A stretch of 64,000 nt of DNA from Candidatus Latescibacterota bacterium (GTDB lineage Bacteria > Latescibacterota > UBA2968 > UBA8231): the NCBI GenBank assembly GCA_965203355.1, contig OZ241889.1:1-64000 (forward strand), in the 5' to 3' direction. The translations under genes and the position numbers were made by a program. Of the stretch, positions 9,583-19,130 are shown in pieces. Within the stretch, counting starts at the first letter, position 1; each line of letters starts with the position of its first letter. The notes beneath the pieces are model-generated. The model searched no databases. It was not told the DNA's origin and worked only from the letters and a program-made list of their open reading frames with translations.

Positions 9583-11350
9583 GCTCCTCTTGGCGGCGGA
9601 GGATGAACACACCCCGGTCGCCGGGGTCCAGCGGAGAAAAAGCATGCACGTTCAGTTCGGGTCGCTGCGTTGGATAGGGGTGGACTTTGAGCTGGGCGAC
9701 GACCTCATAGCTCGACGCAAATTGTTCGACCCTTGCTCGGCGCGACCCCTCGACGATCCAGTCGGGCGTGTTCTGCTCGATATAGAGCGGGGCATCTAAC
9801 GCGGCGATTTTGTCTTTGGGCAGTGGCGTATTCTGGTCTAAGACGCAGCAAAACCGCACGTGGTCGCCCGCGTAGAAAATCAGGGCCTCGCGCTCGGCAA
9901 AGCCCGGCACGTACACGAGGTCATCCTTTTCGGCGTTCTGCAACAAGTAATTGGACACGACCGAGATAGAGTCGCGGTACGGGCGATGCACTTCGCGGAT
10001 GAACTCAAACAGGTGCAGCCCGAGCGTTTTTTGGCCGCTAAAGAGCATCACCATGTTGAACGGATAGGCCCCAATGCTGGTGAACAGCAACGCGACGAGC
10101 GCCACCGCGCCGGCGATGACATGCCGCCGCCACGCCCATTCCACAAAAAGCCCCTTCATCGCCAACAGCAACGGCAACGCCCCCACGTAGTAGCGCAGAT
10201 CGGCAGACAACGGATTCCGCCATATAGGCTGCACCGACAGCATGGCTGAAAACAGCGCAAACAGCGCACCCATAAGGATGATTTTTCCGGCCGCCGCCAA
10301 GGGGAAATCCTCTTGGGCAATGGAGGCGCTGTCGTTGGCCCGCTGGTCTCGGCACACCGGTCGCGACGCTCCGACCGCCTGCTTCCAGCGGATTAGTGCC
10401 ATGCCCACGAACCACGAGAATACCGGCCACGAAATCCAGTCGGCGGTAAACAAATCCCGGATATATAGCCAGATTTTTGCGGTTAATAAGACGAACTCCG
10501 ACTTGTCGCCTTGGTACGGGGAGAGATTTTGTCCGGCAAATCCCGTGAAGCCGCTGCGCGTGCCGCCGATGACGCCCAGCCAATAGAGATAACCGGCACC
10601 CAACGCCACGACAGCCGCGCCGCAAATGGCGAACAACACCCACTCCCGCCGCGTGGTTATGCGCGCGCGAAAGAGCAGATGATACGCCGCCAGCGCGAGC
10701 ATGGTTGCCGCGCCACCAGCGTAGTGGTTGAAGAACGACAGCGCAGCTACCAGCGCGAGCATTGGCAGGTAGGCCGGATGCTTGCTCCGCCAGTAGCGTT
10801 CATACATATAGAAGAGGAGTACCAGCGCGAGAACCATGACCGAGAAGTAGCGGGACTGGCGGAAATACAGCAGCAGTTGCGCCGACCCGGCGGCGAATGT
10901 AAAGATGAAAAACCTCAGCCGCGGATGCTCTGGCAGGTGCTGGCGCAACAACAGGTAGAAGACGCCGAGCGCGACGATGCCGAGGAGGGCGTGCATGATG
11001 CGGGCCCCGATCTCGTTGACGCCGAAGAGGGCAAACCCCACTGCGTTCAGGGCGTACATCACGGGCGGTAGCACGTCGCGCAACGCTTGGTTGAGCGTCC
11101 GCCCATTGGTCCCGCCGACCAGATTGCGCCCGTCCCATCCGGTGATGTCCCCTTGCTGCAACAGGGTCTTGCCGAAAAAGGCCGCCGCGGCCTCGTCGTA
11201 CCACAGCGCAGCGTAGTCCAAATTCACCAGACACAGGTAGGCGGCGACCAACAGCACACCGAGGGATGCCGCCGGGTATGGCGCGGCTTGCAAACGGGCT
11301 GACAGGGAGCGCAAACCGAAATTATGTCGGGCTTGAATCGGCGCGGACAT
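9152..11350 (-). CDS. ArnT/PMT-like (GT39/GT83-type) GT-C glycosyltransferase with TPR tail
   Basis: LWYDEA, LPP..Y, LFGVNEIGAR and RQSRYF motifs; many TM helices; start taken as ATG 11350, next to the upstream stop. Confidence 0.8.
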   Translation of the reverse strand: MSAPIQARHNFGLRSLSARLQAAPYPAASLGVLLVAAYLCLVNLDYAALWYDEAAAAFFGKTLLQQGDITGWDGRNLVGGTNGRTLNQALRDVLPPVMYALNAVGFALFGVNEIGARIMHALLGIVALGVFYLLLRQHLPEHPRLRFFIFTFAAGSAQLLLYFRQSRYFSVMVLALVLLFYMYERYWRSKHPAYLPMLALVAALSFFNHYAGGAATMLALAAYHLLFRARITTRREWVLFAICGAAVVALGAGYLYWLGVIGGTRSGFTGFAGQNLSPYQGDKSEFVLLTAKIWLYIRDLFTADWISWPVFSWFVGMALIRWKQAVGASRPVCRDQRANDSASIAQEDFPLAAAGKIILMGALFALFSAMLSVQPIWRNPLSADLRYYVGALPLLLAMKGLFVEWAWRRHVIAGAVALVALLFTSIGAYPFNMVMLFSGQKTLGLHLFEFIREVHRPYRDSISVVSNYLLQNAEKDDLVYVPGFAEREALIFYAGDHVRFCCVLDQNTPLPKDKIAALDAPLYIEQNTPDWIVEGSRRARVEQFASSYEVVAQLKVHPYPTQRPELNVHAFSPLDPGDRGVFILRRQEEQRYEEVVAALEQAVALESSVENAAQLSFYKGRAAHQAGRPEAAEHYMRALELVPGHAEALRWLGHLRFEQQRYDEALERLQQFIALAPGDAVAHSNMGVILYNLGRRAEALQHFNQALSLDPTLEEARAKRETLLEMLKGKAE

Positions 11351-11352
11351 TG

Positions 11353-13128
11353 CTAGAGGCCGGTGGATGGCGACAAAGAGGAGTGGTTGAGCTGAGCGGC
11401 CGTCAATTTTTCTATGTTTTCGCGCAGGTAAGAAAAGACGTCGGGCCGGTGTTTTGCGGCACACAGCAGGGGTAATCGAAATCTGCCGGCGGGCCGATAG
11501 TCGATATGCGCGGTGGGCGGCTTTTGCAAATTGACCGTCAAAATCGCCTTGAGCCGCTCGGTGGCGAACAGGTTTTCGCTTTGGGTGACGAGGCGCAGTT
11601 GTTCGTAGTAGCGGTTGAGTTGCCCGTCGGTAATACGCCCTTCATCGGCGGCGATGCTCTCCAAGTAGCCATCGGGCAGGCGGCGCATGATGTGGCCGGG
11701 GCGCACACCCAACCCCGGCAGGTGTGCCTGTAGCACATCGCTGTATCCGTAAACGTCAATTAACTTCTGATCCGTGCGAGCAAAGAAGGGCGCCATTCCC
11801 ATATCGCACAGGTGAATGACCGGCACTGGGGAACGAGCGATGATTTTGCCCAGCCGCGCACTGGGGTGGTCCGGGTATATTTCGGTCGCGCCGCGCCGGA
11901 AGGCCATGTAATTCATTAGGCTGGTCCCGCGATGATACGCCGCTCTTTCGTCGGAAATACCCCCAGCCTCGGTCGGGTCCACTTTGTGATGCGAAAAGGG
12001 CGACATGAGCGGTGTATGTGGCAGCGCAACCATCCACAGCCCGGCAAAAGCGGCCGGCAGCGCGGGAAGATACGCCCGGCTCGGCGCACTTTTGCGCCCG
12101 GCCAACCTCGACCGGATGGTCGTTGTGATTTCCTCCGCGTGGTCGACAATGACGACAACCGCCAGCAGGTACGAGTAGGTGAAGAACCGGCCCCCCATAT
12201 AGTCGGCACCCGTGTACAGCACGTAGAACAAGTGCAAGGCGACGCCCGAGGCCAGGGCACGGGAAGCGCCGTTGCACGCGATCAGCCAGACCAGGGCCGT
12301 AAAAATAATCGGCAACACCGGCGGGTCGTTTCTCAGGGTAAAGAGATAATAGTAAAGGCCGTTTTGTATCTGCACTACGTGCGAAAGCCCGCTGCCTAGT
12401 TTGTTGTAAGCGGTCATCGGCAGCGGAAAGCCAAAATACAGCAGCGAAAACCCGGTCCACGCAGCCAGCGGTAGCAGCAGCAAAACCACGGCGCCGACCA
12501 GAACTCGCCGCGAACCCGCCCGCCGCATCTGCCAAAGTGCGTACAACAGCGGCGGCCAGACAATCAGGGCAAAGTCGTGGCGGAACAGCGGTGCGAGACC
12601 GGCCACAGCGGCCAGCGCAAGCAACCCCCGCCCATGCCAAGGTTGCCGCCAAAAAATCAAAAACCCGACTAGCATCGCGTAACCAAAGGGATTGTGAAGC
12701 CCGGACCAAGTAAAATCCATATACGAGTTGGACGCGGTCAAAAACAGCAGCGCAGTGGTCCATTTTGCCGGCGTTTTGAGCAGCAACGCCAACAACACAA
12801 GTGAAATGCCATTCAAAACAACCGCCTGTACCGCGAAATTGACAAAGTAAGACGCCGTGAACAACCGCCCGAACGCGGTCAAAAAGAAGCCCATCACGCT
12901 GGTGAAAAGTTGAATCCGTTCATGCGGATTCCAGCGCAACCCATTGCCGGAGAACAGTTGCTCAACCTGCCGTGCGATGATCCAAAAATCGTCGCACAGC
13001 CAAGCGTTTTTGACAAACACAAAGGCAAACAGGGCCACAGCACCCCCCGCGAGAGCCACAGCCCAGCGGTCGCGGGTGCTGCCCTCGCTTTCCCGGACGA
13101 GCCTTCGAGATTCCCTACGATCGGCCAA
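11353..13128 (-). CDS. GT-C membrane glycosyltransferase, AftB-like
   Basis: NAWLCDDFWI..R, G.GLRWNPHERIQ.FTS, YFGFPLP.TAY.K and GADYMGGRFF motifs. Confidence 0.75.
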   Translation of the reverse strand: MADRRESRRLVRESEGSTRDRWAVALAGGAVALFAFVFVKNAWLCDDFWIIARQVEQLFSGNGLRWNPHERIQLFTSVMGFFLTAFGRLFTASYFVNFAVQAVVLNGISLVLLALLLKTPAKWTTALLFLTASNSYMDFTWSGLHNPFGYAMLVGFLIFWRQPWHGRGLLALAAVAGLAPLFRHDFALIVWPPLLYALWQMRRAGSRRVLVGAVVLLLLPLAAWTGFSLLYFGFPLPMTAYNKLGSGLSHVVQIQNGLYYYLFTLRNDPPVLPIIFTALVWLIACNGASRALASGVALHLFYVLYTGADYMGGRFFTYSYLLAVVVIVDHAEEITTTIRSRLAGRKSAPSRAYLPALPAAFAGLWMVALPHTPLMSPFSHHKVDPTEAGGISDERAAYHRGTSLMNYMAFRRGATEIYPDHPSARLGKIIARSPVPVIHLCDMGMAPFFARTDQKLIDVYGYSDVLQAHLPGLGVRPGHIMRRLPDGYLESIAADEGRITDGQLNRYYEQLRLVTQSENLFATERLKAILTVNLQKPPTAHIDYRPAGRFRLPLLCAAKHRPDVFSYLRENIEKLTAAQLNHSSLSPSTGL

Positions 13129-13171
13129 GGAACCCTTCCAATGAGTAGTGATTCATCCTTTGCTTTTTTTG

Positions 13172-14899
13172 CTATGGCCCGCCCACCCCGGTCGCTTGGG
13201 TGACAAACCGGATACCCGCATTGGGCGGCGGCGAGGCCGCGTCGGGATAGAGTTGGCGGATCAATTTCGTGAAAGTGCCCCCCGTGATCGTCGGGGTGTA
13301 TTCCCGCCACGCACGGATGGGCGGTTCGTCGGCGTCGCGGCGCAGGATGCGGAGGGGGCCAAATGTTTTTTCTATTGAGTAGCCGGGAACGAAAGTGGCC
13401 GAGTCCGCCGACACAATGTGGCTGACCGAAGCTACAATCGCTTCTAACTCGGTCCTTGCTTGGTCCGCGAATATGAGGCGTCCTGTATTGGCATCATAGA
13501 AAGGTATCGTGCGGTGCAGGTAGTAGTACCCGGGGCCGTTGAAATAGGGGCGATCAACCTGCCACACGGCGGCGACCCCGGGCGCCTCGGCAAGATAGCG
13601 ATACGCGGCGAAAATCGGGTCCTGATCGCCGAGGAAATGGACGATGCCGGTCTCCCTTGAATAGGCCCGATACACCCTGTCTTGGTGCGGCAGCGCGTTC
13701 AGAATGCCGGCCAGGGAAATCGCGGCGAATGCTACCGCCAGCATCAGGGAAGCCGGCCCCCACGACCGGCGCGACCGGCCCGCGCTAGCGCGGGACGCGA
13801 ACCACACCGCAAAGTCTGCGCCAATCAGCAGCCAGAGCGGAATGACGACGAAGATAAAGCGATACTCCTTGTGCGACTGCGCCGAGTGGCTCAGGAGCGT
13901 CAAGGCGATAAGCGTCAGCAGGAGTCCATAGCGCCGGAGGTCGGGCAAAGCCAAGACGCACAAGGCCACCAGCCCCATATTGGCGATCAGGAGCCAATAG
14001 AGGAATTGCCATGCCGGGCTTTCACCGGCGCGCAAGTCGCCGAGGGCGAGGTTGACGCGGATGTTGACGACATAGGAGTGAAACAAACCACCGTCCCACA
14101 TGATCGCATCGAAGATACCAACGCCGACGAAAACCGCGGCCGCGGCCAGCACAAGCGGCCTCTTCTTTTCGGTCCGCAAAAAGAACAGGCCGAAAACCAG
14201 CAGAGCCAACGGGGCATACTGCACCCGGACCGCCGCCGCCAGTACCGCCAGCAAAGCCACCGGCAAGACCACTCGCAGTTTGTCCGGCGTCGCCCGCCCA
14301 CAGAGCGCGAGCAAGGACATTAGCAGAGCCGTGGCGACAAACTCGGTCATCGGCTTGTGGGCAAAACCGACAAGCTCGTACCAGAAAGCACCCATCAGCA
14401 ACGCGACCCGCGCCGTGCTTTCGCCAAAGTGGCACCGGGCAAAAAAGTACATGCCCGCCGGAATCAGCAGGGAGATCGCGCAAAACGCGAGCTTGACGCC
14501 GCCGACGTACCAGAAAGGCTGACCGAGGCCGGCGATGTCGAACAGTTTCAAGACGACAGCGACCAACCCGGGCACGAGCCACTGACGGGCACCGTAGAAG
14601 TATTCCCAATAGGTTACGCCGTTGCCGAACACTAGGCGGTGAGCCGGCTCTAGGTACTGCATGATTTCGTCGGGATGCAAAACGAAATCGCCGGACAGCG
14701 CAACGGCCGCACGCACGACAAAGGCCAGCGCGAGTACCGGCAGCAAAAGTTTCCAAGGCCGCTCGGCCGCCGGGGCTAGATGTAGCAGGAGATCGGACAT
14801 CGAGCGCAGGCGCGCGGACCAAGGCCGGGCCTGCGGGCACTTTTGGGAGCGCACGGCGGCACCGCGACCACGCGCTTGAGATCGCTTGCGCTTGGACAA
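13172..14899 (-). CDS. PIG-B/Alg9-like (GT22) mannosyltransferase
   Basis: HPDEIMQYLEPAHRLVFG..YWEY and HKEYRFIF motifs typical of GT22. Confidence 0.85.
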   Translation of the reverse strand: MSKRKRSQARGRGAAVRSQKCPQARPWSARLRSMSDLLLHLAPAAERPWKLLLPVLALAFVVRAAVALSGDFVLHPDEIMQYLEPAHRLVFGNGVTYWEYFYGARQWLVPGLVAVVLKLFDIAGLGQPFWYVGGVKLAFCAISLLIPAGMYFFARCHFGESTARVALLMGAFWYELVGFAHKPMTEFVATALLMSLLALCGRATPDKLRVVLPVALLAVLAAAVRVQYAPLALLVFGLFFLRTEKKRPLVLAAAAVFVGVGIFDAIMWDGGLFHSYVVNIRVNLALGDLRAGESPAWQFLYWLLIANMGLVALCVLALPDLRRYGLLLTLIALTLLSHSAQSHKEYRFIFVVIPLWLLIGADFAVWFASRASAGRSRRSWGPASLMLAVAFAAISLAGILNALPHQDRVYRAYSRETGIVHFLGDQDPIFAAYRYLAEAPGVAAVWQVDRPYFNGPGYYYLHRTIPFYDANTGRLIFADQARTELEAIVASVSHIVSADSATFVPGYSIEKTFGPLRILRRDADEPPIRAWREYTPTITGGTFTKLIRQLYPDAASPPPNAGIRFVTQATGVGGP

Positions 14900-14931
14900 A
14901 AGCTATCTCCTAATCTCAGAGAGCAAGCCGG

Positions 14932-15339
14932 TCAACGCCCTTCCTCCCGAAACGTCCAGTGCGAGTTCAAGAAGTAGTTGATCAACGTCCCCGGCGCGAT
15001 CGCGCATCCTTGCAGCCACACCGGATTAACGTGCGGCACCAGCACCGACAACGCGACAAACGTCGAATAACTCACCCCAAGAGCCAGCAGCGACACAAGG
15101 TGAAATCGCAAACCCCGAATCCGCTTGCGGCTACTCAGATCGCGATCGGCAAAAGTCCAATAGTTGTTGATGAGAAAGTTCGAAAGGACCGAGATTTCAA
15201 TCGCAATGGGCGAGGCCAGATACTTGTGGACGCCGAGTTGGAGCAGCATTTGGAACGAACCGAGGTTGACCACCCCGCCGCTGAGGCCAGTCAGGCAGAA
15301 TTTTACAAAGGTGCGGGACGTGCCAAACGCAGCGACCAT
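14932..15339 (-). CDS. GtrA family protein (lipid-linked sugar flippase-like)
   Basis: FVKFCLTG...VN, NFLINNYWTF and NYFLNSHWTF; 4 TM helices. Confidence 0.9.
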   Translation of the reverse strand: MVAAFGTSRTFVKFCLTGLSGGVVNLGSFQMLLQLGVHKYLASPIAIEISVLSNFLINNYWTFADRDLSSRKRIRGLRFHLVSLLALGVSYSTFVALSVLVPHVNPVWLQGCAIAPGTLINYFLNSHWTFREEGR

Positions 15340-15357
15340 GTTGCGCGGGCCTCGCTT

Positions 15358-16197
15358 TTACGCTGCGTCGTATGCGGCCATCAAGCCGCGCAAGTAGCGC
15401 ACGGCCTTGGGCACGGCGGTCGCCTCTGCTTCCACGTCCTGCCCTTCGTACACCACCGACAGCCAGCCATTGTAGTTGACGCCCTGCAAGATCTCGAAGA
15501 TGCGCGGATAGTTGAGCCACTCCTCAACGCCGCTTTGGATGCGATAGATCTTGCAGCGGACGTGGACGGCCAACGGCGCGGTCTCCTCAATGCTGCCGTA
15601 GAAGTTCAGGGCCGGATCCTCGTGCCCGCGCTGGCCCGAAGCCCCGGGCGAGCCAACGTATTGCCCCGTGTCGAGGATGTGCGAGAAATACGGGTTATTG
15701 ACGCCCTCGACAATGCGGCGCACATCTTGGCCCGTGCGCGTGACGCAGCCGTGATTGTGGTTGTGCAAACCGACCACCACGCCCTTTTCCTCGCCGTGCG
15801 CCGCCACTTCCGCCAAGCAGGGCATCATCCGCGCCCACACGTCCTCTTCGCGGTCGCCGGGGGGAATCCACGCGGCAAAGACCCGCACCAGCGGAATGCC
15901 CATGAACGCGGCCACGTCGATCCACTCCTTGGCGGTGGCGACTTCGGCCGCGAGCTCGTCTTGCGGCTTGCCAAAATTGGAACTGACGCCGATGTAGGAG
16001 AGCGCAATCCCCCGCCGGAAGGCCTGCATGCGAATGCGGCGCAGATACGCTGGGTCGAGCGAGGCCAAGGCGCGCGTGTGAATGTCGATGCCGTCGAGGC
16101 TAAGCTCGTAGGCGCGTTCAATAAACTGCTCCAAGTCGAGCTTGTTTGCGGCAAATTCGTCTTTGTAACTGAGGGACATGCAGCCTAGTTTGAGCAT
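15358..16197 (-). CDS. Sugar phosphate isomerase/epimerase (xylose isomerase-like TIM barrel)
   Basis: VRVFA, GLHNH, LDTG and LSVVYEG motifs; start ATG 16197. Confidence 0.85.
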   Translation of the reverse strand: MLKLGCMSLSYKDEFAANKLDLEQFIERAYELSLDGIDIHTRALASLDPAYLRRIRMQAFRRGIALSYIGVSSNFGKPQDELAAEVATAKEWIDVAAFMGIPLVRVFAAWIPPGDREEDVWARMMPCLAEVAAHGEEKGVVVGLHNHNHGCVTRTGQDVRRIVEGVNNPYFSHILDTGQYVGSPGASGQRGHEDPALNFYGSIEETAPLAVHVRCKIYRIQSGVEEWLNYPRIFEILQGVNYNGWLSVVYEGQDVEAEATAVPKAVRYLRGLMAAYDAA

Positions 16198-16332
16198 TTG
16201 CGGCTTCCTTTCGATTAGAAAATGAACTCGGCGACCCATAGGAATCTAACGCACCAAAACGCAGCGGCCAATTTGTCCACCGCCCAGGCTTGTGCTATCT
16301 TCCGCGCTTCACCTCAAACGGGAAGCAACGCT

Positions 16333-17433
16333 GTGATCGAAGTAGGAGAATACAAAGTCGCCGAGCCGGATGGCATTGAAACGCCAGCCATGCTGGTCTT
16401 TGCCGACCCACTCGACCACAACATAAAAGCAGTCGGCGAACTAGCCGGCGGCAGCGAGCATCTGTTCGTCCACGTCAAGACCCACAAGTCCATTGACGTA
16501 ACGCGAAAACAGCGCGCGGCCGGCGTCGCCGGGTTCAAATGCGCCACGCTCAAGGAACTGGAAATGGTCCTCGACGCCGGCGCACAAGAAGCTATTCTGT
16601 CCTATCCGCTGGTGCAAAAAAGCAAAGTCCTGCGCTTCGCCAAATTGGCGCAAAGAGCGGCGACCGTCAGCGCGATTGCCAGCGTGCCCGCGCACGTAGA
16701 AGTCTTGGGCGACGTGGCCCAAGAGCGGCAGCAAACGCTGCGCGTGATGATCGACCTCAACGTAGGCATGTTCCGCACCGGCGTTCCCTTGGGCGAGGCC
16801 AGCGACCTCTACCGCCAAGTCGCCCAACACCCCCACCTTTCGCCGGGCGGGTTGCACCTGTACGACGGGCACGAACACATCGCCGAGCCTCAGGCGCGCC
16901 AAGCCGCGGCCGAGCGGCACATCCGCGATGCCCAGCGCCTCAAAGTAACCCTCGAAGGCGCGGGCTTGGCCGTGCCCCGCATCGTCGGCGGCGGCTCCTT
17001 TTCCTTTTTGTACTACGCCCGCACCGAGGGGATGCACGGCTCGCCAGGCACCTGCGTTTACTGGGATGCCGGGTACGGCAGCAAAATGGCCGAGCTGCCC
17101 TTCAAATGGGCGGCCCTCGTCTTGACGCAAGTGGTAGATCGCTATCCCGACCAGCAGACGATCACCACGGACTTGGGCACCAAGGCCATCAGCGACGATG
17201 GGGCCCTAGCGAGCCGCGCCAAGCTCCTACAGAACCCAGCGGCCGAACTGCTCAGGCAAAACGAGGAGCACGGCGTCTTCTCTTGGCCTGAGCCTCAGCC
17301 CGAAGTCGGCGCCTACCTCCTCGCCGTTCCTTGGCACGTGTGTCCGACGACGATTCGCTACCCAGGGGCCCACGTCATCGACATGCACGGGCAAGTTGCC
17401 TCCTACTATCTACACTCGGCCCGCGACCGGTAG
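16333..17433 (+). CDS. D-threonine aldolase / D-serine dehydratase family PLP-dependent enzyme
   Basis: ETPAMLV, HVKTHKS (PLP lysine), GMFRTG, YDGH, DLGTKA, NEEHG and PWHVCPT; GTG start 16333. Confidence 0.9.
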   Translation: MIEVGEYKVAEPDGIETPAMLVFADPLDHNIKAVGELAGGSEHLFVHVKTHKSIDVTRKQRAAGVAGFKCATLKELEMVLDAGAQEAILSYPLVQKSKVLRFAKLAQRAATVSAIASVPAHVEVLGDVAQERQQTLRVMIDLNVGMFRTGVPLGEASDLYRQVAQHPHLSPGGLHLYDGHEHIAEPQARQAAAERHIRDAQRLKVTLEGAGLAVPRIVGGGSFSFLYYARTEGMHGSPGTCVYWDAGYGSKMAELPFKWAALVLTQVVDRYPDQQTITTDLGTKAISDDGALASRAKLLQNPAAELLRQNEEHGVFSWPEPQPEVGAYLLAVPWHVCPTTIRYPGAHVIDMHGQVASYYLHSARDR

Positions 17434-17464
17434 CGTGGAGTCGCCAACCACGCTGAGAGGTCGC

Positions 17465-17846
17465 ATGGATGGAAAACTGGGCAGGCGAGATATGGTGTAT
17501 CCTACCAACGTTCTTAAGCTACGGAATGTAGCAACCGAAATCACAGTGCTGCACTTTCACACGGGCTACCGGATTGGTTCATAGACCTGTTGACCGATCC
17601 GGGCGATGGGGTCTGGACCCATTCATTGGATCCGGCACAACCGCCTTTGCGGCACGTCGCAAGTACAGAGAGGAACCCAAGCTCAAACTAGCGCATTGTA
17701 CGTCTGACTTGCGGCTTGCGATACGACGTATGTCTAACGATCGAATTGCGGCTTGTATCGAGGAGTTGGCCGGAGAATTTTGCGATGAAAAAGGAGAATT
17801 CAATTGGAACAAGATCGCGGCTTTCAGCGCCGCTGCCGAAGCATGA
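17465..17846 (+). pseudogene. Decayed restriction-modification remnant: frameshifted N4/N6 DNA methyltransferase C-terminus plus probable restriction endonuclease C-terminal fragment
   Basis: Across frameshifts reads ENWAG/RDMVYPTNVLKL/TECSNRNHSAAL..LPDWFIDLLTDPGD.V/LDPFIGSGTT (motif I), then IEELAGEFCDEKGEFNWNKI. Confidence 0.7.
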
Positions 17847-17874
17847 ACCACCCGGCGTCTATTAACTCGCCCTG

Positions 17875-19026
17875 ATGCGTCAACTCGCCGAACTGGCCGC
17901 CAAAAAGCGACGGCGGGTCGTGGGCCTGATGTCCGGCACCTCGGCCGACGGGATCGACGCCGTGCTGGTCGATCTGTGGGGCTGTGGCGAATCTACGCGC
18001 TGCGAAGTCCTATCCTTTATCACCACGCCACTGCCCAGCGACTTGCGGCGCGCGGTGTTCGCTCTCTTCGCCGCCGATGCGTCGCTCGACGCGCTGTGCC
18101 GGGTCAACTTTGCTCTCGGCGAGGCGTTGGCCACAGCGGCCCTAACCGCAGTCGAGCAGGCCAAGCTCGGCCCCGAGTCCATCGACCTGATCGGATCACA
18201 CGGGCAGACCGTGCGCCATCTGCCGACCAGCGGGGCCACCTTGCAAATTGGCGAACCCGCCGTCATTGCCGCGCACACAGGCGCGGTGACCATTGCGGAC
18301 TTTCGCGTGGCCGACATGGCCGTCGGCGGCGAGGGCGCACCGCTGGTGCCCTTGGCGGATCACCTGCTCTTTGGCCATCGGCGCGAGGGGCGTCTGTTGC
18401 TCAACATCGGCGGCATTGCCAACATCACGGCCTTGCCGGCCCAGGCCGACCCCCGCTCAATACGGGCCTTTGACCTAGGACCGGGCAACATGCTCATCGA
18501 CGCGGCTGTGGCACACTGCACCGAGGGCCGCGAGCACTTCGACCGGGGCGGCGAGCGCGCGGCGCGGGGGCGCGTTGATGAAGCCCTGTTGGCCGAGCTG
18601 ATGCGCCACAGCTTCTTGCAGCGCGAGCCGCCCAAATCCACCGGGCGCGAGGAATTTGGCGAGCCATTCCTCGCGGAAATTCTCCGCCGCGGCACCTGGC
18701 GCGACGACGACCTGATCGCCACGCTGACCGCCTTTACCGCGCAATCCATTGCCGAAGGCATTGGCCGCTTCTGCCCCGGCGAGTTCGCCAAGCTCTGGGT
18801 CGGCGGCGGCGGCGTCCACAACCCGCGCATCATGGCCGGGTTGCAACGCGCGCTGCCAGATATAGCGGTGAAATCGCTAGCCGAACTGGGCGTTGATCCA
18901 GATGCACGCGAAGCCCTCGCCTTTGCCGTGCTTGCCAACGAGACGCTGATGGGCCGCACCGGCAACATCCCGGCCGTCACCCGCGCCCAGCGCTCGGTCG
19001 TCCTCGGCAAAATTGCCCTGCCGTGA
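17875..19026 (+). CDS. anmK: Anhydro-N-acetylmuramic acid kinase
   Basis: GLMSGTSADGID, GSHGQT, GGEGAPLVP, LNIGGIAN, GPGNMLID and PPKSTGRE. Confidence 0.96.
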   Translation: MRQLAELAAKKRRRVVGLMSGTSADGIDAVLVDLWGCGESTRCEVLSFITTPLPSDLRRAVFALFAADASLDALCRVNFALGEALATAALTAVEQAKLGPESIDLIGSHGQTVRHLPTSGATLQIGEPAVIAAHTGAVTIADFRVADMAVGGEGAPLVPLADHLLFGHRREGRLLLNIGGIANITALPAQADPRSIRAFDLGPGNMLIDAAVAHCTEGREHFDRGGERAARGRVDEALLAELMRHSFLQREPPKSTGREEFGEPFLAEILRRGTWRDDDLIATLTAFTAQSIAEGIGRFCPGEFAKLWVGGGGVHNPRIMAGLQRALPDIAVKSLAELGVDPDAREALAFAVLANETLMGRTGNIPAVTRAQRSVVLGKIALP

Positions 19027-19130
19027 ACCGCCTAAGGCGACTGGCCGGTCGCCCGCAAATTTGATGAGAATCCGCGCCGCGAATATGTTTCCCCGCTAGT
19101 TTTTCGCTGCTAAACCACAAAGGAGCCCCA

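Noticed and set aside
14959-16188. 409-aa plus-strand ORF
   Set aside because: Antisense to the GtrA and TIM-barrel genes, which carry clear motifs
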